From Magallana gigas (taxonomy: Eukaryota): a stretch of 64,000 nt of DNA. The position numbers and the translations under genes were made by a program. Below are positions 12,185 through 25,220 of this stretch, in pieces; within the stretch, counting starts at the first letter, position 1; every line of letters starts with the position of its first letter. The notes under the pieces are model-generated. The model made no database searches and was not told where the DNA came from. It saw nothing but the letters and a program-made list of their open reading frames with translations. Location: contig NC_088860.1 of assembly GCF_963853765.1 (NCBI RefSeq), positions 20,770,001 to 20,834,000 of the forward strand, given 5' to 3'.

Positions 12185-13617
12185 GGGCTCGGGATATTCT
12201 CAAGTTAGACTATCAGAAAAGTGGCCATCTCCGGAAAGAAGGACTCCTAGAGAGAAGCTTGCTGGGCAAACTTGTCGGCGTAACATGTATGTACAATGTA
12301 TATACATATTTGAAATCAAATACTATTCTTGTATGATATACATGTATAACAATATTTACATTCACTTTCATTGTGTATGCAAACAAATTTTCATAACGCG
12401 CTAACGCCCGTCATTCAATTTGTATGCAAACACCGTTGCAGTTATGAGACCACATCTAAAAAAAATAACGATTCAATACTTAAATAAAAACTCCATCCTT
12501 TCTTCGGTGATTCATCCGGTTATGGAAGTGTGAGCACTTCCGAGAAAAAACGCCTTTGAGTCAGTGGATAATGCAATGTTGAATGCCACCCTCAGAACCA
12601 CCAAAGAAGCATTAGGCTGTTAATGTTTTCCCCCTTGTTGTTTATCTCCAATATCTATCTGAAGCAAGCATTAGTGTAAATTATCGTTGCTGTTGGTCAG
12701 TACGTTGCATAAAAGGAACAGCCAATTCTTCCATTAAAGGAATAAACTTTAATAAACATTTTTTTCCTTTTATGGGATGATCATAACAGTCGGGCACGTG
12801 ATCAAATCCAAAAAGAGCCAAGTTTTAAACAATATGCTAATGATGAATATATTGAAAAACAAAATAGTTGACTGATAGTTTTATCATAGANNNNNNNNNN
12901 NNNNNNNNNNNNNNNNNNNNNNNNNNNNNNNNNNNNNNNNNNNNNNNNNNNNNNNNNNNNNNNNNNNNNNNNNNNNNNNNNNNNNNNNNNNNNNNNNNNN
13001 NNNNNNNNNNNNNNNNNNNNNNNNNNNNNNNNNNNNNNNNNNTTGGATCTGTTCTCTCAATGCAGCTCACGATACTTTCGATCAACCACAAAATAATCTA
13101 TACATAAAGTCAATTTCTATAGTGTAAAATGATAAGAAAATACATACATGGACAATATCCATTAAAAGTATTGCAATAATTGGTCTCTATAGGTACATGT
13201 ACGTGTAGTTTCAAAAATTAAAGGAATGCATATATCTGCATACAAATTGAAAAATAATCATTTTTGTTGTAGCTGTATACATAAAATCATATTTCACAGG
13301 CATTAGGAAAGAACGTACTCTGGTGATTTTGAAATATTTGTAGTTTCTTTTTCATCAACTAAATTTACTACTGTACGCTGGACTCTGATTTCCATTTATG
13401 GCGGCCTAAGTTGAAAATCTGCTTTACAGGGCGACAAGTTTTCGTCGTCCTGCGAGATGGTTGCTGCTATGTCTTTGACAATGACCAGTCAACGCAACCC
13501 AAAACAGCATTCTCTTTTGAAAACTACTGTAGGTAAGGGTAAAAAGAAAAAATAATCGATGTATTAAAGAAGCAGCTAAAAAAATTACCAATTTCTTTAC
13601 CGAATCAATTTTTGATT

Positions 13618-13705
<88 letters not shown>

Positions 13706-16214
13706 CGCTTGAATATCAGCTTTTCACCCTTTCAAACGTAAAGTAAGAACATATATTATATGACAAACTGTCAATGTACTTTGAATTGTACATACATTAT
13801 TCAGATTGGAATGTTTCGAGAAGCCACCAGACTTGGATTACTGCTTTAAACTTCTTCCAAGGGTCAACTATGTTGAAATGAAAGAACACTGCTTCGCTGC
13901 ATCTGACGACAACAGTCGAAAGGTAAGATAGCAATGGCATCACACCTGTAAATTTAACTTAATTAAAAGAAACATAATACGCAACGTTTTCAAAAATCAA
14001 AGTTAATTTTTAAACTGTTACAAATATTTAGAATAATAAAAACGAAATGTTTTTTTTATAGGAATGGCTGATCGCCTTTTATAAAGCGTTCCATGTTGCT
14101 AACGACCTACCAGAACCTTTAGACGTGTGAGTAAATTTTGTTGTTTTAATTAAGTTTAATACCGTCACTTCAAATTCATGTTACTAGTATTTTAAATGAG
14201 TGAATTCCACATGGAATTATCTTGGTTGTCTTATCTTATTTGAATTATCAATAGTTGTTGCATATGTACGTGTAGAAGCTTTAAAATTCAAAATGAAGGA
14301 CAATAGTGTAAGTGTATGATGTTTTTGTTTCTCAATATAATGTTAAAGAACAGTCAATTTCGTGTTGCACGTTCAATTAGCTAGATTAATACCGGAAGTT
14401 TGATTATTCAGGTTTCAAAAATATAAATTATGAAAACCAAAAAGAAACGGAATTTACAAATAATTATTCTAGAACTACTGTAGATTAGCAATAATCCCGA
14501 TTCTATTTTACTCATGTTCGCGATTAATTATTTTCCACGAAATTAAACCCATCGTGAATACTATAATTAGTTTTCAAAATCTTGCAGTATTTCAGTACAT
14601 TCATGTAGAAACAAAGACAGATAACTCTTGCAGCGATTGGTCATATTCGAGAAATTTTGAAGCTTTAACACCGCGGAATTAAAACGACATACAGAATGTT
14701 GCAAAAACTAATGACAGATATACTCATGCTTTTTCTACCCTTATATTTAAGTGGCAACGATGATTGGACAAAAGACATTTTCAAGCGAATTGGAGGTAAT
14801 CGCTATGACTACATAGATGAAGAACGTGAAGGGAATCTATCCAATACAAAAAGGCGCTACTCAGACATGCCAAGTATATAAGTTATAACTAAGTCAATTC
14901 AAACTATACATATCATCATCAAATAAGATCAATAACTCTTACATAAAAGTCATTAACTTACATGTACTAGTATTTGAAATATCAAAACAAGAAAAAATCC
15001 ATTTATTCATTAACAAGAGAAAGTAAAATTGAACGTACATAAAATTGAAATCCAACGATCTTCTACAAAATCAATATACTTGTTCATGTACTTTCCAGAT
15101 TTTACAGTTTTATATTAATACATATTTTGAGATTACACAGAGTTCGTTTTGCGCGCCTCAAATCAGTCAAAAAGGTTTTTACTTATGTATCTCGAAAATC
15201 TTGGGATATCTTGGGATATACCATGAAATATGCACAACATTGGTGTCATAATGAAACCTCTCATTTAACAATTTCTAATTAATCTATTGAAAAGTACCAT
15301 TAAAGGGACTTAGAGACGATTTGACTTAAAATTTTCAAATGTTATTTTTCCATTTTCAATGTTTATAACGATAAATATAGAAGTGTATAATGCTATATCA
15401 AAATTTGAAAGTCAAAGATCAAGTTAGAAGTAAGATACAGAGTTCATTATTCTTTATTTGGTAAACATAGCTCGATTACATGTATTGTCATTTTTACATA
15501 TGTGTTGTATTGGTGTAAGTTTCCATAAAATGTAACTGTCTTTTGTTGATAACAGTATTTATGAAGATATTGAGTTGGTTTAAATTGTTTTTTTTACATG
15601 TCATTTTGTCTAAGAAATGGTTATTCTCTACATTACATTTTTTGTAAACAACTATAAGACTCAAATGCAATGTTTCAGCTAAATCAAAATCGCAAGTATT
15701 CAAAACCCGAAGTTTGCCACCTGTTCCAAAAGAGGAGCTGTCGTACGATATGCCAGAACTGGACCCAGAGTCAGAATTGCCAGATGAATCATATGATGAC
15801 TGCGCGGTTGGAACCAAACCTCAGCCCTCAAAGATCAAACCAAAGCGTGCCAGCCTACCGGCGCTCCCCCGGTCCCCGAAAGAGACCAACCCCACGGCAA
15901 GCCGAGGACAGTATATCAATATGGACTATAAAAAACCGAAGGTTTGATAGCAAACTTGGCTGGAATGGATTTTTTAAAAATCGTTTTTTCCTCCACTTCA
16001 CTTTCTCTTCTTATCTTGGTTTTATTTTAATGTGTATATCTAATTTTACTTTATTTTAATTTGAGAGAAATTTTCAAGGTGTCCAAAATCCTTGTTTTTA
16101 TTCAACCTTTAGGTTGACGATTTGCCATTGTTTGAAGGAAATTCTGCGGAGGCAAAGACGTATGTTTACCTTCCTTATGTTTATTGATAGAGAGCCGAGG
16201 ACACAAAAATAATG

Positions 16215-16265
<51 letters not shown>

Positions 16266-17585
16266 CTTTCAACTGATATACATGTACACACGTTTAGCAA
16301 AAACAATCTCGATATATATCAGCGGATACCATGAATTTTTGATACTTTTTAAAATTTGCAACACGACTGTTGTTGGATATTAATTAAAATTTCACTTATA
16401 ACATTTAGAAAATTTTCATCAAATTGTGATGGGTAATATTTTTATGTACGTAATTTGTTTTAGAGCCATCAGTAGTGAAGCTGTTGGAACGTTTATCATA
16501 AGGAAATCAAGCCAGTCTGAAGGTAGAACTCCATATGTAAGTAGCCTTATTAGATCCACATTAATTATCATTATATACAAGTACATGTAAATGATTTACT
16601 GAGCTGTGTGATGTTTAAGAAGCTTGATGGTCGTGGCCATTTTTGGACTATATCAATCTTCTTGAGAAGAGAAGCTTTGTATGAAAATATAAGAAAATTT
16701 AAAAACACGCTTATAACAAAGTGCTAGGGATGGGTGATTTTGCTCCGTTATAGGCATAATTCGTTATATCCGTCAAGTTTACAACACGAAAAAAGTCACG
16801 AGAAATAAAGATCACTTCGCTGTAAGCATCATTTTATTATAAGCGTGTTCGCTAAAAACGTGTTTTGCTTTAGATGTTTCAAATTTTAAAGTAAATATAT
16901 GTAGTTATTTTCTGTAATACTAAATACCCTTTTACCCTCCTTAAACATTCAGGATAATCCATTATGTTGTAGGTTTTAGTGGTATCAGGACCGGAGGAGG
17001 AAGTGCAGTTCAGGATATATAAAAAGGTACCCAAAAATGGCTTATCCCTCCTACATAGCGTGGTGATTGTATTCTAAATATATGTGTATTCTTGAAACTT
17101 ACAGGCATGAAACAGTTGCAAAGAAAACTTACAACATTAAACAGTAGACTAGTGTTGTTCAAAAAGACACTCTGGTTAATAACAATATAACAATCATTAT
17201 GATATGGTAAAAGAACTCGAAGATATTTTGATATTAATTAACAGGTGGTAATATATTTGTAATGATATCTGATCGATTGATCGATTGATTGATTGATTGA
17301 TCCCATCAAATGGAAGTAATTGTCAACCACCCCTACTTCTTTCACTATTGATATTAATAGGTATTATCACTATTAGATATGTGGTATTTGCAATTTTTAA
17401 GTCCATTTAATTTGATTTGTTTCAAACTGTTATCTTTTTTCCCCCAGGAACAAGGAGGCATTTACATTGCGGAAGAAAATATTTTTCAAAGTCTTTCCGA
17501 GCTCGTGGCCTATTACAGAAAAAATGAGCTGTCGGCAAAAACAAAACTGAAACTTGCAAAACATTATGGACACATGGAGTTATGA
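12185..17585 (+). CDS. sh3bp2: PH + Pro/Tyr-rich linker + SH2 adaptor protein, SH3BP2 (3BP2)-like; first coding exon not located
   Basis: Phase-compatible exons: 12185-12271 (or -12277), 13430-13532, 13805-13922, 14062-14126, 14752-14873, 15679-15941, 16113-16159, 16464-16536, 16973-17026, 17448-17585 (TGA). PH: GARDILKLDYQKSGHLRKEG..WRQVFVVLRDGCCYVF..PKTAFSFENYCR..CFKL..HCFAASDDNSRKEWLIAF. SH2: FEGNSAEAK..GTFIIRKS..YVLVV..FQSLSELVAYY. Domain order and PH motifs resemble SH3BP2. Confidence 0.8.
12891..13042. other. Assembly gap (N run)
   Basis: Directly visible. Confidence 1.
13620..13702. repeat. (CT)n microsatellite
   Basis: Directly visible, intronic. Confidence 0.95.
16217..16263. repeat. 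(GA)n microsatellite
   Basis: Directly visible, intronic. Confidence 0.95.
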
Positions 17586-20500
17586 GAATAGTGAGCGGTT
17601 TCTACTTTTTATATGGGGGTGGGGGGCATTCGACCTAAATGTTTCTTTTGGAACAGGGGAAAATGTAAAGATTTTGTTTTAAAAATTATGTCATAAGAGG
17701 GGTCCATGTTTCCGTTGGCCAAGTGATGAGTATGCTTTCATGAAGCTAAAAATAGGAATTATCAGACATGCAGCGACACAGCATAGATATTTATTTGCTG
17801 TTTACCAAATAGACTCTTTTACATAACAATGTATTCTTTAATGTACGCGTCAATTATATTTTGAAAAATACTTTTCTTGGTTTTTGTGGTTGGTTGATTT
17901 ATTTTGCTACTTAAATAATTCAATTAATGTGTTTATCTACGCTTAGCATAACTTTATTTATTCCGTTTTCATTATTAAGACTTACTCAAAAGTTTTTCTT
18001 CGAACCTTTTCAAGTTTAAGTGCATTTATCAATACACAAATATTTTATTAATCATAAGATTAGTTTGTTAATGAATCTTTACTTTCTTACACTGTGTAAT
18101 GTTGCATTCTTTTTTTTATTCGTTGGTCATATTTTATAATGTTTTTCTGCTTATGTTTGACCTGCAATTTTATTTAAATTTAAATGTATTATCTAAAAAT
18201 TATCTAGAAATATTGGCTTTATGTCTGATTTTTATTCTTGATATCAAATAAATGCTCAACTTCCAGTGTTTTTTTTTATTTTATAGCAAAAGTTTGGTCT
18301 TTTTTTTATATGTCAGGTAATTTAATAGGAACTTAATGCGATTGATGACAATTGAAGTACATATACATTTACTAGTTACTCACTGTAAGTAATTTTATTT
18401 ATTGGCATTGCTAAAATTGATCTTTTATTTCAAGAAGATAAAAAAGCTCCGTACATTCATATACATTTTATGATGCACAAAATACATGTACCTGTTGATA
18501 TTACTTCCACATTTCATAGCTTATTTTAATAGCAGAAGTCTCAATATCCCCTTTTTGGGTATTTCCTACATGTAATTCTTGTTACAGAAAAAAGTTCATG
18601 GACTGTTACATATACACATCAATTTTGCACTTTACTATATGTGTGCGTGCGTGTCATACATGCACAACCAATAATTTACGGGTTCCTTAAAAACTTTTTT
18701 TTTTTTTTTTTTTTTAGACTTTTTTGCTTTTTTCATACTCCTTGCAAAAACACTCCCTGGACTTTGAATGATCATTAAATTTTAAAAGTAGTTAATATAC
18801 ATGTTAAGGTAATTATCCATACGTCACAAAACAACGTCTGACGTAATTCACGCGTTATTACGTTTTTTCCGTGCCCGATCTAATCGAAACCTAACGCTAC
18901 GGTGTACATGTGTTTCAAAACAAAAAAATCAAGCTGATCTAGAAATTAATTCAAAACAAATCTATTAAAAATCCTGAAAACTGCAATCAATTAGCCTATT
19001 ACTCAGCGAAATGAAAATTTGACTGGGTTGTGTCGATTGAGTACTCGTTTTGAAAATATAGACCGCTTACTTTTTGTCCTGCATAAACATCAATTCATTA
19101 CAAGGCTGAACTTAATCCAATTCTTTGAACATTAATTCCTGAAAGTCCATAAACATCCAAAATGAAATCCTGACCGAGATCTAATATTCCAGTGCATAAA
19201 TAAGGGAGATAAATACACAAGGGGAAATAATTTGACTTATGTCATCTTTATCCTATATTCGCTTAGCAACGAGCATAGATATATTTTCAACAACAAAAAA
19301 TGTTTTTAGAATTAAAATCATGCGCTGAAGAAAAGTTATTTCATTTTAAGAACAGTCTTTAAAACCATTAAAAAAAGGTTGAATAGAGGTTCTGTCTTAA
19401 AGGCATATCAGGTAGTTAGCATTATCCACGCGTGTGACTGCAATTTCTAAATACCGATCTCGATCCATAATACTTACCGATTTCCAAAGATACAATCTTT
19501 TGCGGTTTAAATAATACAGATTAATCAACAGTTTGTTTAAATCATGTTTTCTAATTAACAATAATTTTAACATATTTTTTTAGAATGATGAAATAATAAA
19601 CCTATGCACAATTTAAATTTTACGGATCTTTTTTCAAAATATATATTTTAATGATTTTTACCCAAAATACGCCCATTGTGATCCTGAAAAGGCCGGTCCC
19701 TTGGGTAAATTTATTTCCAGTTGATTAAAGGCGTTAAGGTTTAAATAATATCAAAATTTTAGAGAATTCTGTACGTAAATAAAATTATAAGAACTTAAAT
19801 TCTCTTTGAAAATTTATTTCATTTTATCTCATTTTTATGCGGATATATCTTTTTTTGATAAATAAGCAAGTGTAACATAAAAATTTTTGATTTGAAATAA
19901 TAATTCCTTTATTTTACATAGGATATAAGTCAAAAAATGATTCTGTGAAATTCAAATTTCAGGCTTAGGCTTATATTCTCTATGTATGAAAAAGCGCCAT
20001 TTTCTGCAATCGGTTCTATTTTTAGCAACGACCCTAGCTCTTATAATACCGATGGACCACCCAACAGGGTAAAATTTGATGAGAAGATATCCTCAGATAC
20101 ATGTTTGAAAAATATGAAAAAATTCTGTACGCATTTTATTTATCTAGTGGGGTATGGACCATTACCTTAATCGATTCCAAACTCAAACCATTCAATTTTA
20201 TCTCCATCTTATCCATGTTCAAAACTCTACAGCAGATACCGATACACTGGTATTCGTCTGGGAAGAACACCTTCAGAAAAGTATAGATACAAGTGTAATA
20301 ATTATATTCTTCTACTGTGCATGAACTCTATATATTTATACGATCTGAACGTGGGTATACACGTACATAAACTAAGGGTATTTAGCCTTTCATGACTTTG
20401 CATGGAGCATGACTCTTCTTCCATGTTAGACCGACTTTTAAACGATACGTTCAACGTCGATTATATTTAATTGAAAGAAAGTCAAGCTAAAGATAGGTTG

Positions 20501-20740
20501 TCGTGAATTAAAAGCAAAATGGGTTCTGTACAAGACAATAGACTTAAAGCAAAGAATGAGCGGGACAATTGCGTTGGGTTTGAAACGGAGAAAATGATTA
20601 AAGATACAGAGAAAAGTGATCTAATTGTTCAGATTGAAACAGATCCGAAGCAGCATATCTTGTATAAGGCAGGAGATCACCCGCCGATTTATCTTACCAT
20701 TTTCTGTGGTTTTCAGGTAATTTTTCTCTTTTGTATTAAA

Positions 20741-21649
20741 GTATATTTCTGCCCCTACATGCAAGATGCGTTATTCTATATGCAAGATAACTATGTCTAT
20801 TTGCATGATAATTATGTCTGCATGCAAAATAATTGTTTTGACATCCAGGTAGCAAATCTTTTTAGATGTTCTGATCTTTGTATGGGTTAATTGACTTACC
20901 ATGCAATGGCGAACTCTGACATCATAAATACAAGATGCAGCATAATTATGACAACAGCGACTTATTTTTTGTAGACATGCAAGATAATTACATAGACATG
21001 CAAAATATTTATGTCGACAAGCGACCTGTTCATATCAAAATGTGAGTTAATTTTGTTAACACGCAAGATATTTATATCTACAAGCGAGTTAATTACGTCA
21101 AAATACGACATACATGTCGACATGCGACTTTTTTTTTCTGTCAACATGCGAGTTGATTATGTCAACATGCAAGTTATTTCGCATGTTGTTATAAAAAAAA
21201 CTTGCTTTAAAATATAATTATCTCGCATGCTGACATCATTATCTTGCATGTTTAGATAATTAACTCGCATAATAACGTAGATAATTCTCATGTCAACATG
21301 CATAATTATCTCGCATGTTTACATCAATTTCTTGCACGTTAACACAATGATCTCGCATCGACAAAATATCTTGCAAATTAACATTATTTAATGAAATGTT
21401 CACATAAATAAGTCGCATGTCAACATAAATAAGCCCTTGTTGTCACAATTATGTTGCATCTTGCATCTATCTCAGATACGGGCGTAAGAAAGTGATTTCA
21501 CCCAATCATAAAAAATCATGTTGTCTCAACGATTTGCAACATGTAGACATAATTATCTTGCATGGTTGCAAAATTATTTTTTTTGCATCAAAGTAGTAAA
21601 ATAAAGTGACATAATTTATCTTGCGTGTAGGGTGCGGAAATATGCCATA
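20741..21649. mobile_element. Foldback-type element made of degenerate CATGCAAGATAATTATGT units, in intron 1 of copy A
   Basis: Left TATTTCTGCCCCTACATGCAAGAT versus right-end reverse complement TATGGCATATTTCCGCACCCTACACGCAAGAT. Internal units switch orientation near the middle. The left terminus is eroded and no TSD is seen. Confidence 0.7.
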
Positions 21650-22939
21650 ACATAGTACTATTAGTTTACTCTTACTAATTAAAACTTTTTTGGCATCAGA
21701 TAAAGAAAAAACTGGTCTTTAGGCACCAGTGTTTTCAACTTCTTGCAACCTTAAATTTTTCATTCAATAAGTTTGATTTAAGAAAGAATTAAATATATAA
21801 AATAGATGTCGTCAAGATGATTAAGAAATGAGTTCAATGTCTAAGCAAGTTATAAGAGTACATGTATAACCTTGGTTGTGGCAAGCGGATTATAAAAAAG
21901 CGTAAATTGCTCCAACCTAGGTTATTCGAGTATTACCACTACTAGATTATGAGTTCATTTCTTGTAAATTATAATTTAATTTTCTTAAATTTACGGTACA
22001 AATTGAGTCCTTTTTTACTTTTAAAAATGATATCAATCTGTTCAAAATTAAAACGCATCGTTAAGCGGATTGGTACGTTTTTCACGTTGGTGCAAACCAG
22101 GTTATACAAATTTCAATCCAATCAAATGCCGCGTTACAACCAGAATAAAATGATATGAAAACCTTAAAAGATATTTTCAAAATTCAAACTGTTATGAAAA
22201 TGACCAATTCTCCGGGTGTATTATTTGAAATTTAATTGCCTTTGAGAACATGGCCAATTTTGCTGCTAATTTCTTTCGCCTTTTATATTTTTCTCAAGAT
22301 GATGTAAATGCTTAAGAAATAAGGTATCATTCTTTAATGTTCTTCGGGATATAAAAACAAGTTGGTCACATAATCAAACCCCATAAAGCGATTGTAATTT
22401 TCAAGAGCGCTTTGTTACGATGTCGATCCATAAACGTGATCTAACGTAAATCTTAAGCCATGATCATTTATCTCGCAATTAATGTTATAAAATTGTAAAA
22501 AAGAAAAGAATGAATAAAACTTCGTACAAGCGTCACAAAATACAGACAAGTTTATTAGTTTTTCTTTATTCATTAAATTATGTTTTTATTAAAATATTAG
22601 GCGTGTTATAGCAAAAATCGGTAAATTTGAGTATAAAGGACAAGTAGTGACCCATATTATTAATGCACTACACTGACTTCTTGACCCAGACTACTGTTAT
22701 GCAGGAATAAAGGCGGATTGTTCAAACAGTATTGTATAATGGGAACATTTGCAAGTGTAAATATATAATGTCATAACAACAGAAACATGTTTAGCATAAA
22801 TTTGTGCATGGAAATATAAAACTTGTTATGAGAGTTCGAATCTCAGTCAAGTGAAATCACGTGAACGCCAAGACCATAAGAATAAAATTCATTAACTAGT
22901 AATTCAATTCTTGTAGTGGCGTGCTTTTGATTCGCTCAA

Positions 22940-23560
22940 CATTATATAAATAGTGCCTGTTTGGGAGGGTGTCAATTTCAACAGTTACCCTCCTAAACAG
23001 GCACTTTTTATTTTATTATATTGAATGTCTTAATTTAAAAGAGAATTTTACTGCTTTTATATAGAAATGAAGTGAATTCAACGGCGAACCCTACGCGCAT
23101 AATTTACGCGCATGTAACAATTCGTTGTGTTACCCGTTGCCAAGTGTGTTGCTAACGCTGGGGTAATAGAACGGATTACCATCTGCGTCTAAACCAATCA
23201 GATTTCAGTATTTTACATGAAAGTATAATAATACTTTTTCCAACACTTTCATGTAAAATACTGAAATCTGATTGGTTTAGACGCAGTTTATAATCCGTTC
23301 TATTACCCTCAGCGTTAGCAACACACTTGGCAACGGGTAACACAACGAGTTGTTATATGCGCGTAAATTAGGCGCGTACGGTTCGCCGCGGAATTCACGT
23401 CATTCCTATAGAAAAAAAGCAGTAAAGTTTTGATCGAATAAGACATTCAGTATAATAAAACAAATAGTGCCTGTTTGGAAGGGTAAAATTATCAAATTTT
23501 GAGTTGAAATTGACACTCCAAGAAATCAAACCATTGTCAACCGATCCGACGCGAAGCTGT
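22940..23560. repeat. Large palindrome with ~250-bp arms (probably a tandem dimer of a palindromic element)
   Basis: About 22985-23228 is the reverse complement of about 23248-23486, with a ~20-nt spacer. An extra AGTGCCTGTTTGGGAGGGT hairpin lies on the left and GCGAAGC near 23550. Confidence 0.85.
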
Positions 23561-24039
23561 GCATTTGATTCAGACTTGAACTAATACAACACATAAGTAA
23601 ACAGTAACTCTAGCCTTTTTAAGAAAACAGAATTTCAAACTCATATTTTGCCTGTAACTCGATATTCACTTTCAAACTTTGACAAAGTATTAAAAATACC
23701 CATATTACCCATAGTAGACAATATAAAATAGAAAAATAAAATTTGAAATTTAAGCTCAAATTTTGTCTAGGTCTCATTTAAGGAAAATTGTAAGATCACC
23801 TTTGAAAAGACGATCAGTGTAAAACAAAAGATTCTTTCAACTATTATCTTGTAAAAATACACTGTAAATTAGAGTTTTTTATTTTGTCCCACAGCACACT
23901 TTAGTCTCGCTTTCCGGTGTGATGGCAGTTTCTCTTTTGGTATCCGACGTCACCTGTGCAAATCTGGATGACGACATCAAGTCCACCCTTCTTAGCTCTA
24001 CAATGTTGATGTCTGGTGTCTGTACAGTTATGATGTGTC

Positions 24040-24183
24040 NNNNNNNNNNNNNNNNNNNNNNNNNNNNNNNNNNNNNNNNNNNNNNNNNNNNNNNNNNNNN
24101 NNNNNNNNNNNNNNNNNNNNNNNNNNNNNNNNNNNNNNNNNNNNNNNNNNNNNNNNNNNNNNNNNNNNNNNNNNNNNNNNNNN
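24040..24183. other. Assembly gap covering the end of exon 2 and intron 2 of copy A
   Basis: Directly visible. Confidence 1.
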
Positions 24184-24728
24184 TAGTATCAGTATTTACT
24201 ATCATTTCATTATTCTTCCGTAGACTTCCTTTGTTCCAAGGCGCTGCTTCAGAATTTTTGATTCCTTTGCTTGCAATGCAGGTTTTAGATAAATCAAAGT
24301 GTGATTTTCCACCAAAAATTTATATAGGTATGAATATACTTTTAATCAAAAATATATTTCCTGGAAGAGTGCATTTGTGTTCTCGGGTTTTTTTCGGAGG
24401 GGGGGGGGGGGTTGTTTGGGTTTTTTTGTTTTGGTATTTTTTTTTGTTTTGTTTCCTTTTTTCAAAATTGTATTTTAACAGAGCAATTTTATCTCGGAGG
24501 AAATATTTTAGACAAATATTTATTACAAGTAAATTTTATCTCCTTTTTTTCGATGTATCATTTTAGACACAAACTCTACGATAACAAACACGTCTGGTAT
24601 ACATCTTGATCAACATAGCGAGTTTATACTTAAGAACATTCAAGAGGTGAGCATCTTTCATTTGTTTATGTACTTATTTCAAGTTTAAGTAGATAAACGT
24701 TACAAAATGTAAAAATGATTAACTTTAA

Positions 24729-25220
24729 AGGGGCATGGTCACGATTTCGCTCAAAATTATGTTTCCGATTTTAATTGTTACAATGCTTCAGTAAGGCATT
24801 CATAAAAGGCAACTGAAATTTGAGTGTAATTCGTTGAATTATAAGCAAGTTACAGAGCTTCAAATTCTTCACTATGTAAACAAAGCGTTTGTTTACATTT
24901 TGAATTTTAAAGTGAAAATTCCAATTTCAGACCTAAAATGAATGTGTAAGAAGTTAGGAACCGTTTATTTATACTTAAAATGAATAAGAAGATAGACAAA
25001 CCAGCTTGAACAAGATTTTTTACAGGTATATTGAACCTATGTAAACAAATACAGGGCACAAGCCTTATTTACATGACAAAGAATTGTCAGCTCTGTATCT
25101 TGCTTTTAACTCCGTGAATGACTTTCAAATTTTGTTTGATCATTAGAAATGCATTCATGAAGCATTGTAAATAATAAAAATAGAAAAATAGAATTTGACC
25201 AAAATCGTGACCATGCTCCT
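24729..25220. mobile_element. Kolobok-like MITE in intron 4 of copy A; empty site in copy B
   Basis: TTAA|AGGGGCATGGTCACGA ... TCGTGACCATGCTCCT|TTAA. The matching intron of copy B has a single TTAA (AAATTTAAATGAAT, ~32166-32179). Confidence 0.9.

Noticed and set aside
12837-13107. ORFs spanning N runs (also near 24035, 40639 and 49369)
   Set aside because: Artefacts of translating assembly gaps.
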